The position numbers and the translations under genes were made by a program. Shown here piece by piece: positions 1 to 12,379 of a stretch of DNA of 64,000 nt. The stretch spans positions 7,006,001-7,070,000 of the forward strand of contig NC_058370.1 in assembly GCF_018350175.1 (NCBI RefSeq). The letters are read 5' to 3'. Origin of the DNA: Felis catus. Its lineage: Eukaryota. Position 1 is the stretch's first letter, and each line of letters opens with the position of its first letter. Below the pieces are notes generated by a model. It did not search any database, was not told the origin of the DNA, and saw nothing but the letters and a program-made list of their open reading frames with translations.

Positions 1-894
1 TTAAAGGATGTACTCTCCAAGAGAGCTGATCCACCCTTGCCTTCCCCACTCTGCCATCCATTTCAGTCTCCTTCCAAGCATAGGACAAGAAACATCAGCC
101 ATTGATGACTAGCCATTGGCAGTTTGTGGGTTTGCATTCCATTTTTAGCCTAATGGAGCCACCACATTTCAGTACAGGCTCTTGGGAATCTGGCTGTCGC
201 AGACTTCTGCTGTATAACTTGTGACAATACGAATCCTCTCAATTTCTTTTCTTGTCCTGGAGGAACCGAGGAGATGGGTGTGCTGGCTCCAGAGTGGAGG
301 ATCCATCTCTAAAGACACAAGGAAAAGATATATTATCAGCATTATCGTTTGCTCTCTCTACTCCTTCTCTTTTTCTTATTTATGTGTACTCTTCAACATC
401 ACTTTACACATAAATTACTTAGCAGCAATTGGTTGGATGTCATTGAGTAATTTTATTTATTCCATTCTTTTGATACTTCAGTATTTTAAGAACCTTCTTA
501 TGAGTAAGATCCTGAAACAAAACCACCCCATTTCCTTACTGAGGGTTACACGGTAATAAAATCCTCAACCAAATGTAAATGCAATTACTACCATTATAAA
601 TGCCTTGATGGAGATGTACATGGTGCTCTGAGACTGTTTAAAAGAATTCTTGGGCTCGGCTGGAGAAAGAAGGTAGAAGGGATCATTTCTGGCCAAAGGA
701 AGTACATAAAAAAGCCCTGAGACATTGGGGAAGTGAATGGCCTTGTAGATGAGGCTTCGAGAGAAGGAAGATGGGCTTTACTGAGAGTGAATTGGCAAGC
801 AAGTTTCTTCAAAACCTCGTATGTTACAGCAGGATTTTGGTCACTGATGAAAAACCACTGAAATATTTTAAGTACAGAATGACATCATTTGCTT

Positions 895-1096
895 TAAAAA
901 ACCTATTATAGACAATTTCAAACATACAAAAATAGAAAAATATAATGCAGCCCTGTGCACCCATCCACTAACATTTTTCAACTCACAACCGATCATGTTT
1001 CCTCATAACCCAGCCCACATTCCCCTGCCTCCCATCGCATTTATTTTGAAGTAAACCCCACGGTATCTTATCATTAACATTACTAAGCATATCTCT
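895..1096 (-). mobile_element. Old L1 (L1MC-like) 3' end fragment
   Basis: 'ttatagacaatttcaaacatacaaaaatagaaaaatataatg...tattttgaagtaaacccca' resembles the antisense 3' end of L1MC4/5 (from memory). Confidence 0.55.
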
Positions 1097-1151
1097 TATG
1101 GAGAGCCTGTCTCCAAAGGAGAATGTTAAGGAGCCTGTCTCCAAAAATAAC

Positions 1152-1291
1152 NNNNNNNNNNNNNNNNNNNNNNNNNNNNNNNNNNNNNNNNNNNNNNNNN
1201 NNNNNNNNNNNNNNNNNNNNNNNNNNNNNNNNNNNNNNNNNNNNNNNNNNNNNNNNNNNNNNNNNNNNNNNNNNNNNNNNNNNNNNNNNNN
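1152..1291. other. Assembly gap
   Basis: N run. Confidence 1.
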
Positions 1292-1870
1292 CGACATCCA
1301 ACTAAGATTTCTACATTGCAAGTATTCATCTCATCCCAGTCAAAGAATCTAAGAATGGTCTGGCTCAAGGAAGAGGGGAGGCAGTTCTAAGTGTGGCAAA
1401 ATCATAGAACAAGGTCATTGTATTAGTTGTTTATGATGCGTAACTTACCATAAACTTAGTGGCTTAGAAGCACACCTGTTTTTAAAAACCTTACAGTTTC
1501 CACGAATCAGCCATCCGGGGATACCTTAGCTTGGCCCTCTGTTCGGGGTCTCACCGGGCTGAAATCAAGATGTTGACCACAGCTGTATTCTTATCTGAGG
1601 CTTGGGGTCCTCCTCCAAGCTCACTGGCTTGTGGAAGAGTTTAATTCCTTGTAGTTGTAATACTGAAGCCCACTGCTACTGGAGTCCACCCACAGTTCCT
1701 GTCATGTGCCTTCTTCACAAAATGCTAGTTTCCTCCTTCAAGGCCGAGAGAAGCTATTGCTTTGAATCTAGACGCTTTCCGAAAGAGGTGGTCTTATTAG
1801 GCCAAGCCCACCCTGGATAATTTCCCTTCTCATTAAAGCCAACTGATCAGAATTTTAAATTATATTTCCA

Positions 1871-1984
1871 GGGGTGCCTGAGTGGCTCAGACAGTTAAGT
1901 GTCCTCCTCTTGATTTCGGCTCAGGTTCATGGATCCTGTGGTTTGGGGGATTGAGCCCTGGGTCAGCCCTCTGACAGTGCAGAG
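1871..1984 (+). mobile_element. CAN-SINE 5' part (runs into gap)
   Basis: ggggtgcctgagtggctcagacagttaagtgtcc tRNA-derived head. Confidence 0.9.
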
Positions 1985-2139
1985 NNNNNNNNNNNNNNNN
2001 NNNNNNNNNNNNNNNNNNNNNNNNNNNNNNNNNNNNNNNNNNNNNNNNNNNNNNNNNNNNNNNNNNNNNNNNNNNNNNNNNNNNNNNNNNNNNNNNNNNN
2101 NNNNNNNNNNNNNNNNNNNNNNNNNNNNNNNNNNNNNNN
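1985..2139. other. Assembly gap
   Basis: N run, probably over the SINE (CT)n and A tail. Confidence 1.
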
Positions 2140-2270
2140 GTACCCTGGCCATGTAACAGAACTTAATCAAGGGCCTGATATCATGTCATATTCACAGGGG
2201 AGAGGATCAGACAAAAGCATGACTCATTGGGAGCCATCTTAGAATTCTGCCTACCTCAGATATTTGTAGC

Positions 2271-2749
2271 TGTGGAGGAGGAAAAAAAAAAACTTACCTT
2301 CAAATGTTCTTCCGGGTGGCCTAAGAATTAAATTGACATGAGACACATTAGCAGGAGAACATCAGATTTAATTTCCTACATCTGGGAACCCCACAGACAT
2401 GAGAAGTTTAAAGACAGAAAGGTAAAATGAGGTATAAATGCCATCCCGAGTTAAGGAATGGGATAAGGGCCTGGGGCTTGAAAGGGGAGGAGGGCAATTC
2501 ACAGGCAATAAGAGGAAGAACAGATGTTTGGTAATTAAATGTTTGCCTTGTCACACAGACAGGTCATTCAGGTAAAATTTGTCTCTGGTAATAACTCTTA
2601 TTCTGAGAAAGACCCCGAATTTGGATTCTTCTAGGTAGTTGAGGGAGGGTCACAGTTTCTTTTGATCCTGCAGAGTCTTGGTTGCCTTCAGCTCAGAAGA
2701 GCCCACATGTCAAAGTGACACATTTTGGGGAGACTTTCTAACTTTACCA
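2271..2749 (-). mobile_element. ERV1-class solo LTR (MER4/MER34-group-like)
   Basis: TG...CA bounded; terminal 'ttgccttcagctcagaagagcccacatgtcaaagtgacacattttgggg' is typical of antisense MER4-group LTR ends. Confidence 0.6.
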
Positions 2750-2784
2750 TGCATTCACTGTCTTGCTGGGTCCAAAACACGTTC

Positions 2785-2872
2785 CATCTCTGAGCCTCAG
2801 TTTCCCTGCCTCTACAATGACAGAACTAAGCCAGATTACTTATAAGGCCCCTCCAGCATCAACATTCAAGGA
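2785..2872 (+). mobile_element. MIR/MIR3 fragment
   Basis: tctctgagcctcagtttccct core followed by aaggcccctccagc tail. Confidence 0.5.
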
Positions 2873-3745
2873 GCTTACAAATCTGCCGTTCTCACGATTT
2901 AATGAACGTTGGCTCCATTGCTTAACATCGACGCTTTTCCAGAAAATAAAGAAGGAAAGACAAGTCCTCAAATCAGCTGCTATAGAGAAACACTTGTAAA
3001 TAATTAAATAAGCTCTGTGGCTTTGATGGGTGGTTTTTACACAGACCATAAGCCAGTCATTGACTTTAAAAGACTTGATACACTTAAATTTAGATTTACA
3101 GGATCCATAAATTTGCCTTCTCAAGATAAAATACTTATTTTAATAGGACGTGTTCGTGTGTTCTGTTCAGTTCATTCTAAAAATAAAAACATGCGAACAA
3201 ACCTCTTCATTGTTTTATAGAAATTGGAACAGATGCTATAGTGAGTAATTTTTAATAAGAGCAACAGCATAATTAGTAGGAAACCCGGTTGATAAAATAT
3301 CTGTTTAATTTAAGCAATTGGTATGCTACTTTTAAAATAATCAGATTAAAGTTAAATACAGCGTTTGGAATTATTTCTATGGGTAATTTAGGGCTCTATA
3401 TAATAAGAAAATATAATATTCAAGCATTTACAATTGAATCCTGGGGAGACTGCCCAAATTTCACAGCTATATCACACAGCACAACCTCACCTCCCAACTT
3501 TTTTCCTTCTCTGCGTTTAGCCATTTAAAGAAATGACAACGTAAAACAGAACATGGTGGTGTCTGGGAGGGTAAAGGCTGATTTGTGGGAGGTCATACAA
3601 ATTGAGCTAAGACAGGTCCATTTTTTTAAAAAAAAGATACCTGTTGGTAGTCTTCAATATTTGGAGGTAGGAAAAAACTGTAAGTCCTCCCCCCAGCTTT
3701 GCTCCAGGGTGGTGTTAAAAGGAAAGCAACTTCAGCCTGCATATT

Positions 3746-4058
3746 CGGTGGACCCTTGAACAATATGGGTTTGAACTGTGCACAACCACTTCTATGTGGA
3801 TTCTTTTCAATAAATGCGGTACAATACTGTAAATGTATTGTCTCTTCCTGACAATTTTCTTAATGACATTTTCTTGTCTCTGGCTTACTTCATTGTGAGA
3901 ATCCAGTGGATAATGGATGTGACACACAGAACATGTGCTCATCAACTGTTTATGTTGTTGGTAAGGCTTCCAGCCAACAGTAGGCTCTTCGCTGTCAAGT
4001 TTTTAGGGACTCAAAGGTTATATGGTGCCCTTACCTCCCCCTATTCAAGAATCAGCCA
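3746..4058 (+). mobile_element. Tigger2-derived non-autonomous DNA transposon (Tigger2a-like)
   Basis: Left TIR cggtggacccttgaacaa, degenerate right TIR tattcaagaatcagcc, internal 'gtaaggcttccagccaacagtaggc'. Confidence 0.8.
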
Positions 4059-4144
4059 TAATTCTTATTAGTGAAGCAGACACAAAAGGAGGCCTATAAC
4101 CTGTCCCGGAAACTCAGCAAAGTCCCAGCTCTCTCCTCCTAGAC

Positions 4145-4308
4145 CAGGGTTTCTCCTCCTTGGCACTGCTGACATTGTTAACTGGATAACCCTCGCTTGG
4201 TTCTTGTCCTGTGCATTGTGGGATGTTTAGGCCTCTTTCCTGGCCTTTACCTACCGGATGCCAACCCCTTCCCCAGGTCGCTTCCCCAGGTTGTGACAAC
4301 TCAGACAC
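4145..4308 (-). mobile_element. MER20 (hAT-Charlie) fragment
   Basis: cagggtttctc...ggcactgctgacatt...tgtcctgtgcattgtgggatgtttag...ttgtgacaac. Confidence 0.8.
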
Positions 4309-4423
4309 TATAGATAGCAGGATGTCAGTGAACACTTGCAGAAAGAATAAATGATGTGGAAAGTCTGGAGAGAACAGTTGGGCATGGAGGGGAGGCTGGG
4401 TATGGAAATCAATAGTCACGCTC

Positions 4424-5403
4424 TGTGATAATTGGGTTTTTTTTAAGAAATGCATGTATCTGGTCATTCAGATGATCAAAATATATTTCTCATATGTATT
4501 TGGTCTTCATCCATGGTTCCCAGCTTACAGCTCCCTAAACCCTTGGAATTTCCCCGAGCGTAAGAGCCATGGAGCCCTTTTGTTTGGTGTCTTGTCCTCA
4601 GTTTCTGAAAACACATCAGAGCCATAAAGGTGAAATGGGTGTCTATTATTCATAACAAGCCCTTTCCTACCACAACTGGGTTTATATTGCCGAGGTGACT
4701 TTCGGAGAGCACCTAAGGGTGGGGGCTGGTTGCCAGGGGAACCAGACAGGAAGAGAGGGTTGGAACTTTCAGTCTCACTCCATGATTTCCTGGGAAGGGA
4801 GAACAGCTAGAGGGTGTCAATCGCCAACGTCCAATGAGTTAATCAATCGTGCCTATGTAATGAAGCCTCCGTAAAAAACCAGAAGGAGGGGTTGGGAGAG
4901 CTTCCACATGCCATTGTGCTGGACCCCAAGCTCCATAAGGACAGAAGTTCCTTTGTTCGGGACGTTGCCCTATGTCTCCCTTCATCTGGCTATTGATTTG
5001 TATCCTTTAATATGCTTTGTAATAAGTTGGTAATCTAGTGAGTAAGCGGGTTTCCTGAGATCTGTGAGCCATTCTAGCAAATTAATCGAGCCCAAGGAGG
5101 GAGTCAAGGGAACCCCTGATTTCTCGCAGGTGCAGCAGAGATGCAGGTGACAACCTGGACTTGGCAGTTGGCATTCTGAGTTGGAAGGGTCATTGAAACC
5201 TCCAATTTGTAGCCGATGGTTCAAAATTGCAGGTAACAACATGGGGCTGGTGATGAGTTTCTGAAGCCGAGGGCAATCTTCTGGGACTGAGCCCTTACCT
5301 TGTGGACTCTGATGCTGTCCCAGGATAGAGAGGGGAAGAATTGAGTTGAATTCTCAGACAACCTGCTGGTATCCATGAATTGCTTGTTGATGTGGGGAAG
5401 CCT

Positions 5404-5453
<50 letters not shown>

Positions 5454-5492
5454 ACACACACATACACGGTGGAATTAAGTCCAGGAGCCCAA
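4424..5492 (+). mobile_element. MER21-family solo LTR (about 1.07 kb)
   Basis: tgtgata start; ggggctggttgccaggggaacc; aatcaatcgtgcctatgtaatgaagcctcc; tctgtgagccattctagcaaattaatcg. Confidence 0.8.
5406..5466. repeat. (CA)n microsatellite
   Basis: Direct reading; interrupted by two TA units. Confidence 0.95.
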
Positions 5493-6914
5493 AAGATGCT
5501 GTAAAATAAAGGAATCTACACGCACGACCTGTAAATTCAACAACTGTGAAGCAGATGGTGCTGAAGAATGATCACCCGAGACAGGAATGAGTGTTCCTGT
5601 GTTTTGGAAGTGAGCACATAGCAATCCAGGGTGTTTAAGCAGATGCCCATTCTGAGCTCTTGTATCAGGATTCAGGAAGCATATATGCTAAGCTAACCCA
5701 AAGGCTGTTTATTTCTCTAGTCTTCATACCTTGGTAGTTTCTATTCATATGAAATAAGAATTTCTAAAAGAGCTTAGGTCTTAAACTCCTTCCCTAGGAG
5801 AAATATTCCCTAAAATCGTCTCTTATTGAATATAGACTTTCCTGAGTATTTTTGGAAGTTGTTTTGCAGATTACTGCAGGGAATTTGCATGTACAATGGG
5901 CACAGTATTTGAAAACAACTTAAATCAGGGTGAATTCTGACAGTGCTAAGAATCAGCTGGTATTCAACATCCTATTCTCCCAAAAGTGTTCACTGGTAGA
6001 ACTCAGCCTTCCCAGAACATTGACTATGGGTCACATCTGTTGACCATCAAACATTACTAAACAGCCAGTCTACAGAAGCCAGTCAGGGATGAATTTGCTA
6101 CACTCACTATTTGTCATTGACACTTCTTTTTAAAATTAATTAAAAAATATATACTAACAAGTGCATAGCACTGTCTTTACCTTCCTTCATGGATAGATGG
6201 ATTGTTACTATTTGTATCACTTGAAATGAAAGGAATTAACAGATTAAGTAGATTAATACAATCAAGACAATACATTAAATATAGACTAAGAGTCATTTAT
6301 CCAAATGTGAACTCTGAATTAGCTATAATCTATTTCAGTTGAGTTCAGCAAATATTCATGATCACTTCTCAAAATTCTCCACTGAATTCAGCCTGAAATC
6401 AGTGGAGAATAAACTTGAACCCAGGAGAAGTCGCTACTGGGGCAACAGATGCTGCCAAGGGAATATCTGAAACTACTTTGAACCCTCTGGTTTTATCTTT
6501 GTTATGCCTAGGGATTTTATTCTATTCTGGAACAATGTCATGTATTTATGATAGTTAAGATGTTTACACTCCCCCGCCCCCAGAATATCAGCACCCACAT
6601 ATTCTGACTGCAGAGGCCACCCTGCATACTGGGCCCCTTATCCTCAAAATCCAGGGAAAATGAGAGAATTTAGATAGTTATAGGAAAAATATTATAACTT
6701 GTATTAATTTTCTAAATCTCATTTTGAATACCAGAGAACCATATTCTTATTGTGGAATGTATGAATTTTAAGAGTGCAGCTTAATGACCTCTGGCAAATT
6801 CTTACATTTATCTGATTCATACTCTCTAAGATGTGGCCCATCTTCCTCATCTCTAGAAATTTTCTTTCCTGATGGCATTCTTCTTGGCCAACCTCGAGAC
6901 CCCAGCAAAACATC

Positions 6915-7090
6915 TGCTGTTCTGAATTCTACTGTAACAGATTAGTTTGGTCTATTCAAAGATTACTTATAAATGGACTCATACACTGTGTACCCCACTG
7001 ACTCTGGCTTCTTCTGCTCTGCATAAGGTTTTTGAGATCTGTCTGTGCTGTTTTGGCTGTCGGTAACTCATTGATTTTTATTGTCGTGTT
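6915..7090 (-). mobile_element. Old L1 3' fragment
   Basis: agattagtttggtcta...tataaatggactcatac...tctggcttcttctgctc..gtttttgagat. Confidence 0.6.
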
Positions 7091-8005
7091 CATACTTGCC
7101 TCCTCTTCTATTTCTTTACAAATAAGAAAGAATCTGCTTGCGGGATTTAAAGCCATAAAAGAGGACTCAACACGAAGAAGTCCATGAGTCTTCAAGGCCT
7201 GCGTGCTACAGGTGTTTGTTACTGGCCTGCTTGGTCCGTTCCTACACACACTCCTGCTGGCTGTGTTCTCTGAGCCCGAGCATTTGGCCACAGCAAATGG
7301 TGGGTGAAGGATCCATGCATAAACTAATGATATGTGCTAGTCGGGACCCAAGATAAGTTACCCACCCCTGAGTTTCTCTGACACTAAAGAAAGTCTCATA
7401 TTTTACAGCAAACAATGGAATCCATTAAGTCTGTGTTTGGAAAACGGATATACAAGGGAAACAAATGACCCAAAGAAGCAATCCAGTGGAATTGTGTTTA
7501 GGTCCTGTGGGTGCTGGGTTATTGTGCTAGTTCCCTAGGACCCAGAGCAATGTGGCTGTCTCCCCGTTCCATACATCCTTCCTATAATCCCCTAAGATGG
7601 AGTGGAACAAGGACAAGCAGGAGTTTTCAGGACAGTGTGGGAAGGTGTGCGCATCAGAAGTGGGGAGTTGAGTGTTTGGGGCACAATAATTAAGCTAAAG
7701 GTTGTGTAGTGGAGTTGTGGGTAACGATACTGTGCAGATAAATTGGGTTCCAATTAGAGAATTCTTGAAAGCCAGAGTGAAGAGTTTATACTTAATTTCG
7801 TAGACACTGGGGATCTATGTTGAGCACGTAGTCAAACAACCCTTGAGGACAAATAGTTGGGCTGGAAACTATTATGAACAGTGAAAGTAAGCAAATGCGA
7901 TCTTAGAACCTGAGCTATGGCAGCACATAGATGTAGGAAGGAAGGTGTGATTTCACTTTCTGTGAGAAGAATGTCTTTGGTTCTTCTTCGTCATGTTGTG
8001 CATGC

Positions 8006-8008
<3 letters not shown>

Positions 8009-8039
<31 letters not shown>
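8009..8039. repeat. (TG)n microsatellite
   Basis: Direct reading. Confidence 0.95.
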
Positions 8040-8044
<5 letters not shown>

Positions 8045-9149
8045 ATGGACCTATAACTAGCTGCTCTATAGCTTTGAAGCATAATTAACCTCACTGTGTT
8101 CAAATCTTTAAGTTTGTTATGCTGTAGACCTTAAGCCAAGACACAAATAAACCTAATTAGGCTAGTAATAACTTTGGATTAAATTATATTAACTATTAAA
8201 AGAACATAATGTATACATAGTCAGCATGTTTGATTCTTGTTGTGGAGAAAACCCTGAAATGGTAACTTAATATTAAAACCCGAGAGAAAACAAATTTGCA
8301 TAATACAATCAAATAGCTTTTACTTTGAGATCTATGTGGGTTACAGGTAGTGGATTTATTATAGAAACAAACTGTGCTAACGTTTTTTCAAATCAGTGTG
8401 TGAGAATAAGGAACAAGTCTCTTGGTTTGGAGGCAACAAGGGTGCTTAGTAATTAAGTGTAATTGAAATAAGAAACTAATACACATTCAGTTTTTGTCTC
8501 TCCAAGAGACAGAAGAAGGGCATGGGAAAAAGTAAAACAGAAGAGTGAGTGAAATTGTAAGGAAAAAAAAATAACCAAGAACGTTTTCCACATTTACTTT
8601 TTTTTCCCCCTGTTCTATTTTTAACTTTGTTCTGAATCTGCCTTGAAAATGATGGGAACTTGAAATAAAATATCAGTTACAACTGTCATCAGCATAACGG
8701 TCACTATTATCATCTATGTTTGAATGTTTTTCTCATGTTCTTTGTTGTAGCCTAAGGTGCACGGTTCAAACGTCAATATAAATATGTCCATGGAAAAACC
8801 ACTAAGAAAACAAGATAGCAGAGTACAAATATCACATATCCTCTGTAGATAACACGTGCATCTCAAGAAAAATGGACGTTGTAGGTTGTATTTCCTCAGC
8901 AGGATTGAATAAAAATGGTAACCAAAGACCATAAGAAACAATATCATCTCTAGAGGTCAAAGCTCAGCAGGTTTTAATAAAACACCCACCTCTGACGTAT
9001 GAGGGTTATTTAAGATCTAAGTTAAGAAGTTTCATCAGTGCTTTTTATAATAGACTGTTTTTCTTCATGGTCAAGAAGCAGCAGAGTGTTGCTTTGATGT
9101 TAGGCTGACTTTCGCATGGGTCCTGGCTAGCTGATGTTCAGTGAGCACT

Positions 9150-9310
9150 TTATCTTTATGAGATTTTCCTCGTCTGCAACCTAAGAATACTAATGGTACC
9201 ATCAGGTGTAGTTTATGGGAATTTTGTGTTAGATAAATGAGATCGTGAAAAATAAGTAGGATGTCTGGTACCCAGTAAGCCCTCAATAAATGTTTATTAT
9301 CCTTATCATC
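9150..9310 (+). mobile_element. MIR fragment
   Basis: taaatgagat...tctggtacccagtaagccctcaataaatgttt MIR 3' end. Confidence 0.55.
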
Positions 9311-9439
9311 CTCATCACAAGAATTTGTTAGTGCCAAGCTTTGTTAGGTCTTAAAGGTTTAGAAAGAGATTTCGTTGACATAGGGTAATGTCCAGTTAGA
9401 GGGGGCCTTGGAATATTTGGGCTCAGATAAAACTTAGGC

Positions 9440-10260
9440 ACAAGCATTTAGATTTGTGCAGCTTTTTACTATGACAAATAATGTTGTAATGAATATGCTC
9501 GTAAATATTTTAAGGTATCTCGAGGCGTATTTCTATGGGATAGTTTCGTGACATCAACATTTGGGGACTAAATATTTATCACCATGATGTTAGTCATTTT
9601 CCTTTAGTTTATGTACAAATGAGAAACTCTTAACTTAGCTTAAATTGAAATATTTATATATATTTCTCTGTTTCAGTTACCACACTGTTAAAGTACCGGG
9701 CTGTTACCTAGTATATAGTGATTCTGGCAGGTAAGTCCTTTCGCTTTTTATCTTCACAGACCTGTTTTCAGATGTAATTACTTATACTTTTGTATTTGAC
9801 TAATAAAAGGTGTGAAGCTTAAGGAGAGTGTAAAGTGCCCACATTTACCCAGCCAGTGGCTAGGGTGTGGACAATGTTTTCTTTGTTTTGTTTTTGTTCA
9901 CTATGCTTTCTTCTTTTCTTTTTTTCTTTCTTTCTTTTTTTTTATCTGCTGCAATCCATTTTAATGCATGAATAGATCACAAAATTGGCTCATAGCATGG
10001 AAGAACTGGAATCTTACACACTGATAAACTGTTTTATACATATCTTGCAATGGAAATTCACATCATCAGATATAAATTTTCATTATAATGTGGTAATTTT
10101 GTACGTGTGTCTGTGTGTGCATATAGTTGTCATATAACTTGCAAGTGAATTTAATTACACATCCAACTATTTATGAATATAGAGACTTAGCTTTTTTCAT
10201 CATTATATGCAAAGCTATAAGGAAATCAGTTATACATCTTTGCAATTATTTCCTTAGTAT
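9440..10260 (-). mobile_element. Degraded L1ME-like fragments
   Basis: tttttactatgacaaataatgttgtaatgaata; cagttaccacactgtt; acatccaactatttatgaatat. Confidence 0.4.
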
Positions 10261-10294
10261 TACTTTCTTTCTTTTTTCTTTTTTTGCAGTATAT

Positions 10295-10505
10295 TTTAAA
10301 ATTTTTATTTAAGTCCAAGCTAGTTAACAGATAGGGTAGTAATGGTTTCAGGAGTAGAATTTAGTGATTCATCACTTACACATAACACTCAGTGCTCATC
10401 CCAACAAGTGCCCTCCTTAATGCCCATCCCCCACTCAGCCCATCCCCCTGACCCACCTCCCCTCCAACAACCCTCAGTTTGTTCTCTGTATTTAAAAGCC
10501 TCTCA
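10295..10505 (-). mobile_element. Carnivore L1 3' end, 5'-truncated
   Basis: ggtttcaggagtagaatttagtgattcatcacttacacataacactcagtgctcatcccaacaagtgccctccttaatgccc. Confidence 0.85.
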
Positions 10506-11454
10506 TTCTGCCTCCTGGACCATGTTTTTAACCACTGGTCTATGTTATCTCCTTTCATTTAGGATAAAAATGATAATTTCTAAGAAATTTAACTAGATCA
10601 GCATGCACTAACTGAGATTTTACAAACTGATACTTTATTCTTATAGATGACTGATCGCCTCAGTTATGTAGGTTTCCACCTTGTCACTCTTGAGGGAACA
10701 TTATCACCATTGTTTTGGGGGTGTGGGCAGGACCCACCACATTCTGTCCACCATTGGCAAAACGGGGATCACTAGACTCTAATTTAGTTGCCATTTTGAA
10801 ATTCCTGTAATTAAAAATAATTATCTTCCTAAACCCATAGTCTCTGCAGTAAGTGTTGGCTTTATTCAAAGAAAAATGTTTCTATGCAGAAATGCATCAA
10901 CGACTGGTTAAGCGTATGGCAGAGAATATGTTAAGTCAGTGGTGTGTATGGAGTAGTGTGTAGAATTTTAAAGGAAACAAAGCGGAGGACCCAGAGAATG
11001 CTTCATCCGTGGAAAGGATGAGTTACAGCAACTCTGTGAGAAGATTAAAAACAATTGTATGCTTGGTATAACTGATCCAGTTTTCGGAGGTGCTGTATAT
11101 GGTCCCAAGTATTCTATTTCGTACAGAGTCACTGGATCTGTTTGAACCATCTGGTATTTCCTTGAATTCAGCTGAAGGCTGTAAAAGGCTCCTGGGCTTG
11201 GGATGTCCGGCAAATGATTCCCAAGCTAATGTTTAAAACTTACTGGCCTTAGAATTGTTGGCTCAACCTAGACTGGTAAACAATAGTGGCACTCAGATGC
11301 TACTTACAGGAGATAGTGCTCAAATTCTCTGCTGAAACAGCTCTTTTTTCTTTCTGAAAAAAATGTCCCACTCCTGAGTCAACTTTACAAAATTTTATTA
11401 TGCCTGGTTTAAGTATAAGATCCTGGGACTAGGGAAATTTTCGTTTTGATTTTT

Positions 11455-11675
11455 TTTTTTAAATTTTTTTTTCAACGTTTATTTATTTTTGGGACAGAGA
11501 GAGACAGAGCATGAACGGGTGAGGGGCAGAGAGAGAGGGAGACACAGGATCGGAAACAGGCTCCAGGCTCTGAGCCATCAGCCCAGAGCCCGACGCGGGG
11601 CTCGAACTCATGGCCCGCGAGATCGTGACCTGGCTGAAGTCGGACGCTTAACCGACTGCGCCACCCAGGCGCCCC
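11455..11675 (-). mobile_element. Young felid CAN-SINE (SINEC_Fc type)
   Basis: Full length, CpG-rich; perfect 14-bp TSD tcgttttgattttt at 11441-11454 and 11676-11689. Confidence 0.97.
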
Positions 11676-11689
11676 TCGTTTTGATTTTT

Positions 11690-11874
11690 AATTTTATTTT
11701 GGAGAGAGAGCACAAGCAGGGAGAGGGGCAGAGGGAAAAAGAGAATCCTAAGCAGGCTCCATACTCAGCCCGGAGTCCGACGCAGGGCTTGATCCCACGG
11801 ACCTGAGCTGAAATCAAGAGTCCGACTCTTGAAACCAAGAGTGGCTCAACTGATTGAGCCACTCAGGCACCCCC
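11690..11874 (-). mobile_element. Older CAN-SINE hosting the previous insertion in its tail
   Basis: TSD gggactagggaaattt (11425-11440) vs gggaccagagcaattt (11875-11890), 13/16. Confidence 0.92.
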
Positions 11875-12379
11875 GGGACCAGAGCAATTTCTACCGCTTG
11901 ATCAACAGAATGCAAATCTTTAACCTGTGTTTCAGCAGATAATGAAAAACTTATACCTTCATTTTGCTGCTACAAATACGAATCACTGCCTTGAGGACGT
12001 TTACAGTGGAAAATTCTGCAGGATAAATAAAGTCCAATCTGAGCCTCATTGAATTGTCCATGGCAAAAGGGCTCTGTTTACATGGTTTTGATGACAATCC
12101 TGAGATGAATAATGATGGACAACAAATGCCTTTTCTGGTCTTCCTTAAAGAATGATTTTGTAATTTGGGAGAAACGGGCTAGGAATAATTGGCTGTTCAG
12201 TAATCACTTCCTGAAAATGGAGGACATGATCCTCAGAAGGCGCCCACTGTAACAAAATGCCACAGTGGTCATGCATTTGGATTGCTCATGCAGTTTGCCG
12301 GAGGGTCTCTGATCTGCTTTGATTTGGTCACTGCACAGGTCCTGGTTTGAGTTCCCCCAGTATTACTGGACTCTGTTAG

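Larger units (their letters stand above)
1419..2258 (-). mobile_element. MaLR solo LTR (MLT1E/F-like), interrupted by a SINE and a gap
   Basis: Starts tgtattagtt...cataaacttagtggcttag and ends gagccatcttagaattctgcctacctca, the reverse complement of the MLT1 5' end tgtggtaggcagaattctaagatgg. Confidence 0.75.

Noticed and set aside
983-2170. ORFs spanning N runs (also near 14.3, 39.2, 51.5 and 61.4 kb)
   Set aside because: Open only because X codons hide stops
11489-11862. ORFs with recurring MAQSVK.../VMISQ...SSPASGSVLTAQSLEPASDSVSPSLS peptides here and at many other sites
   Set aside because: They are translations of CAN-SINE copies, not a repeated gene family
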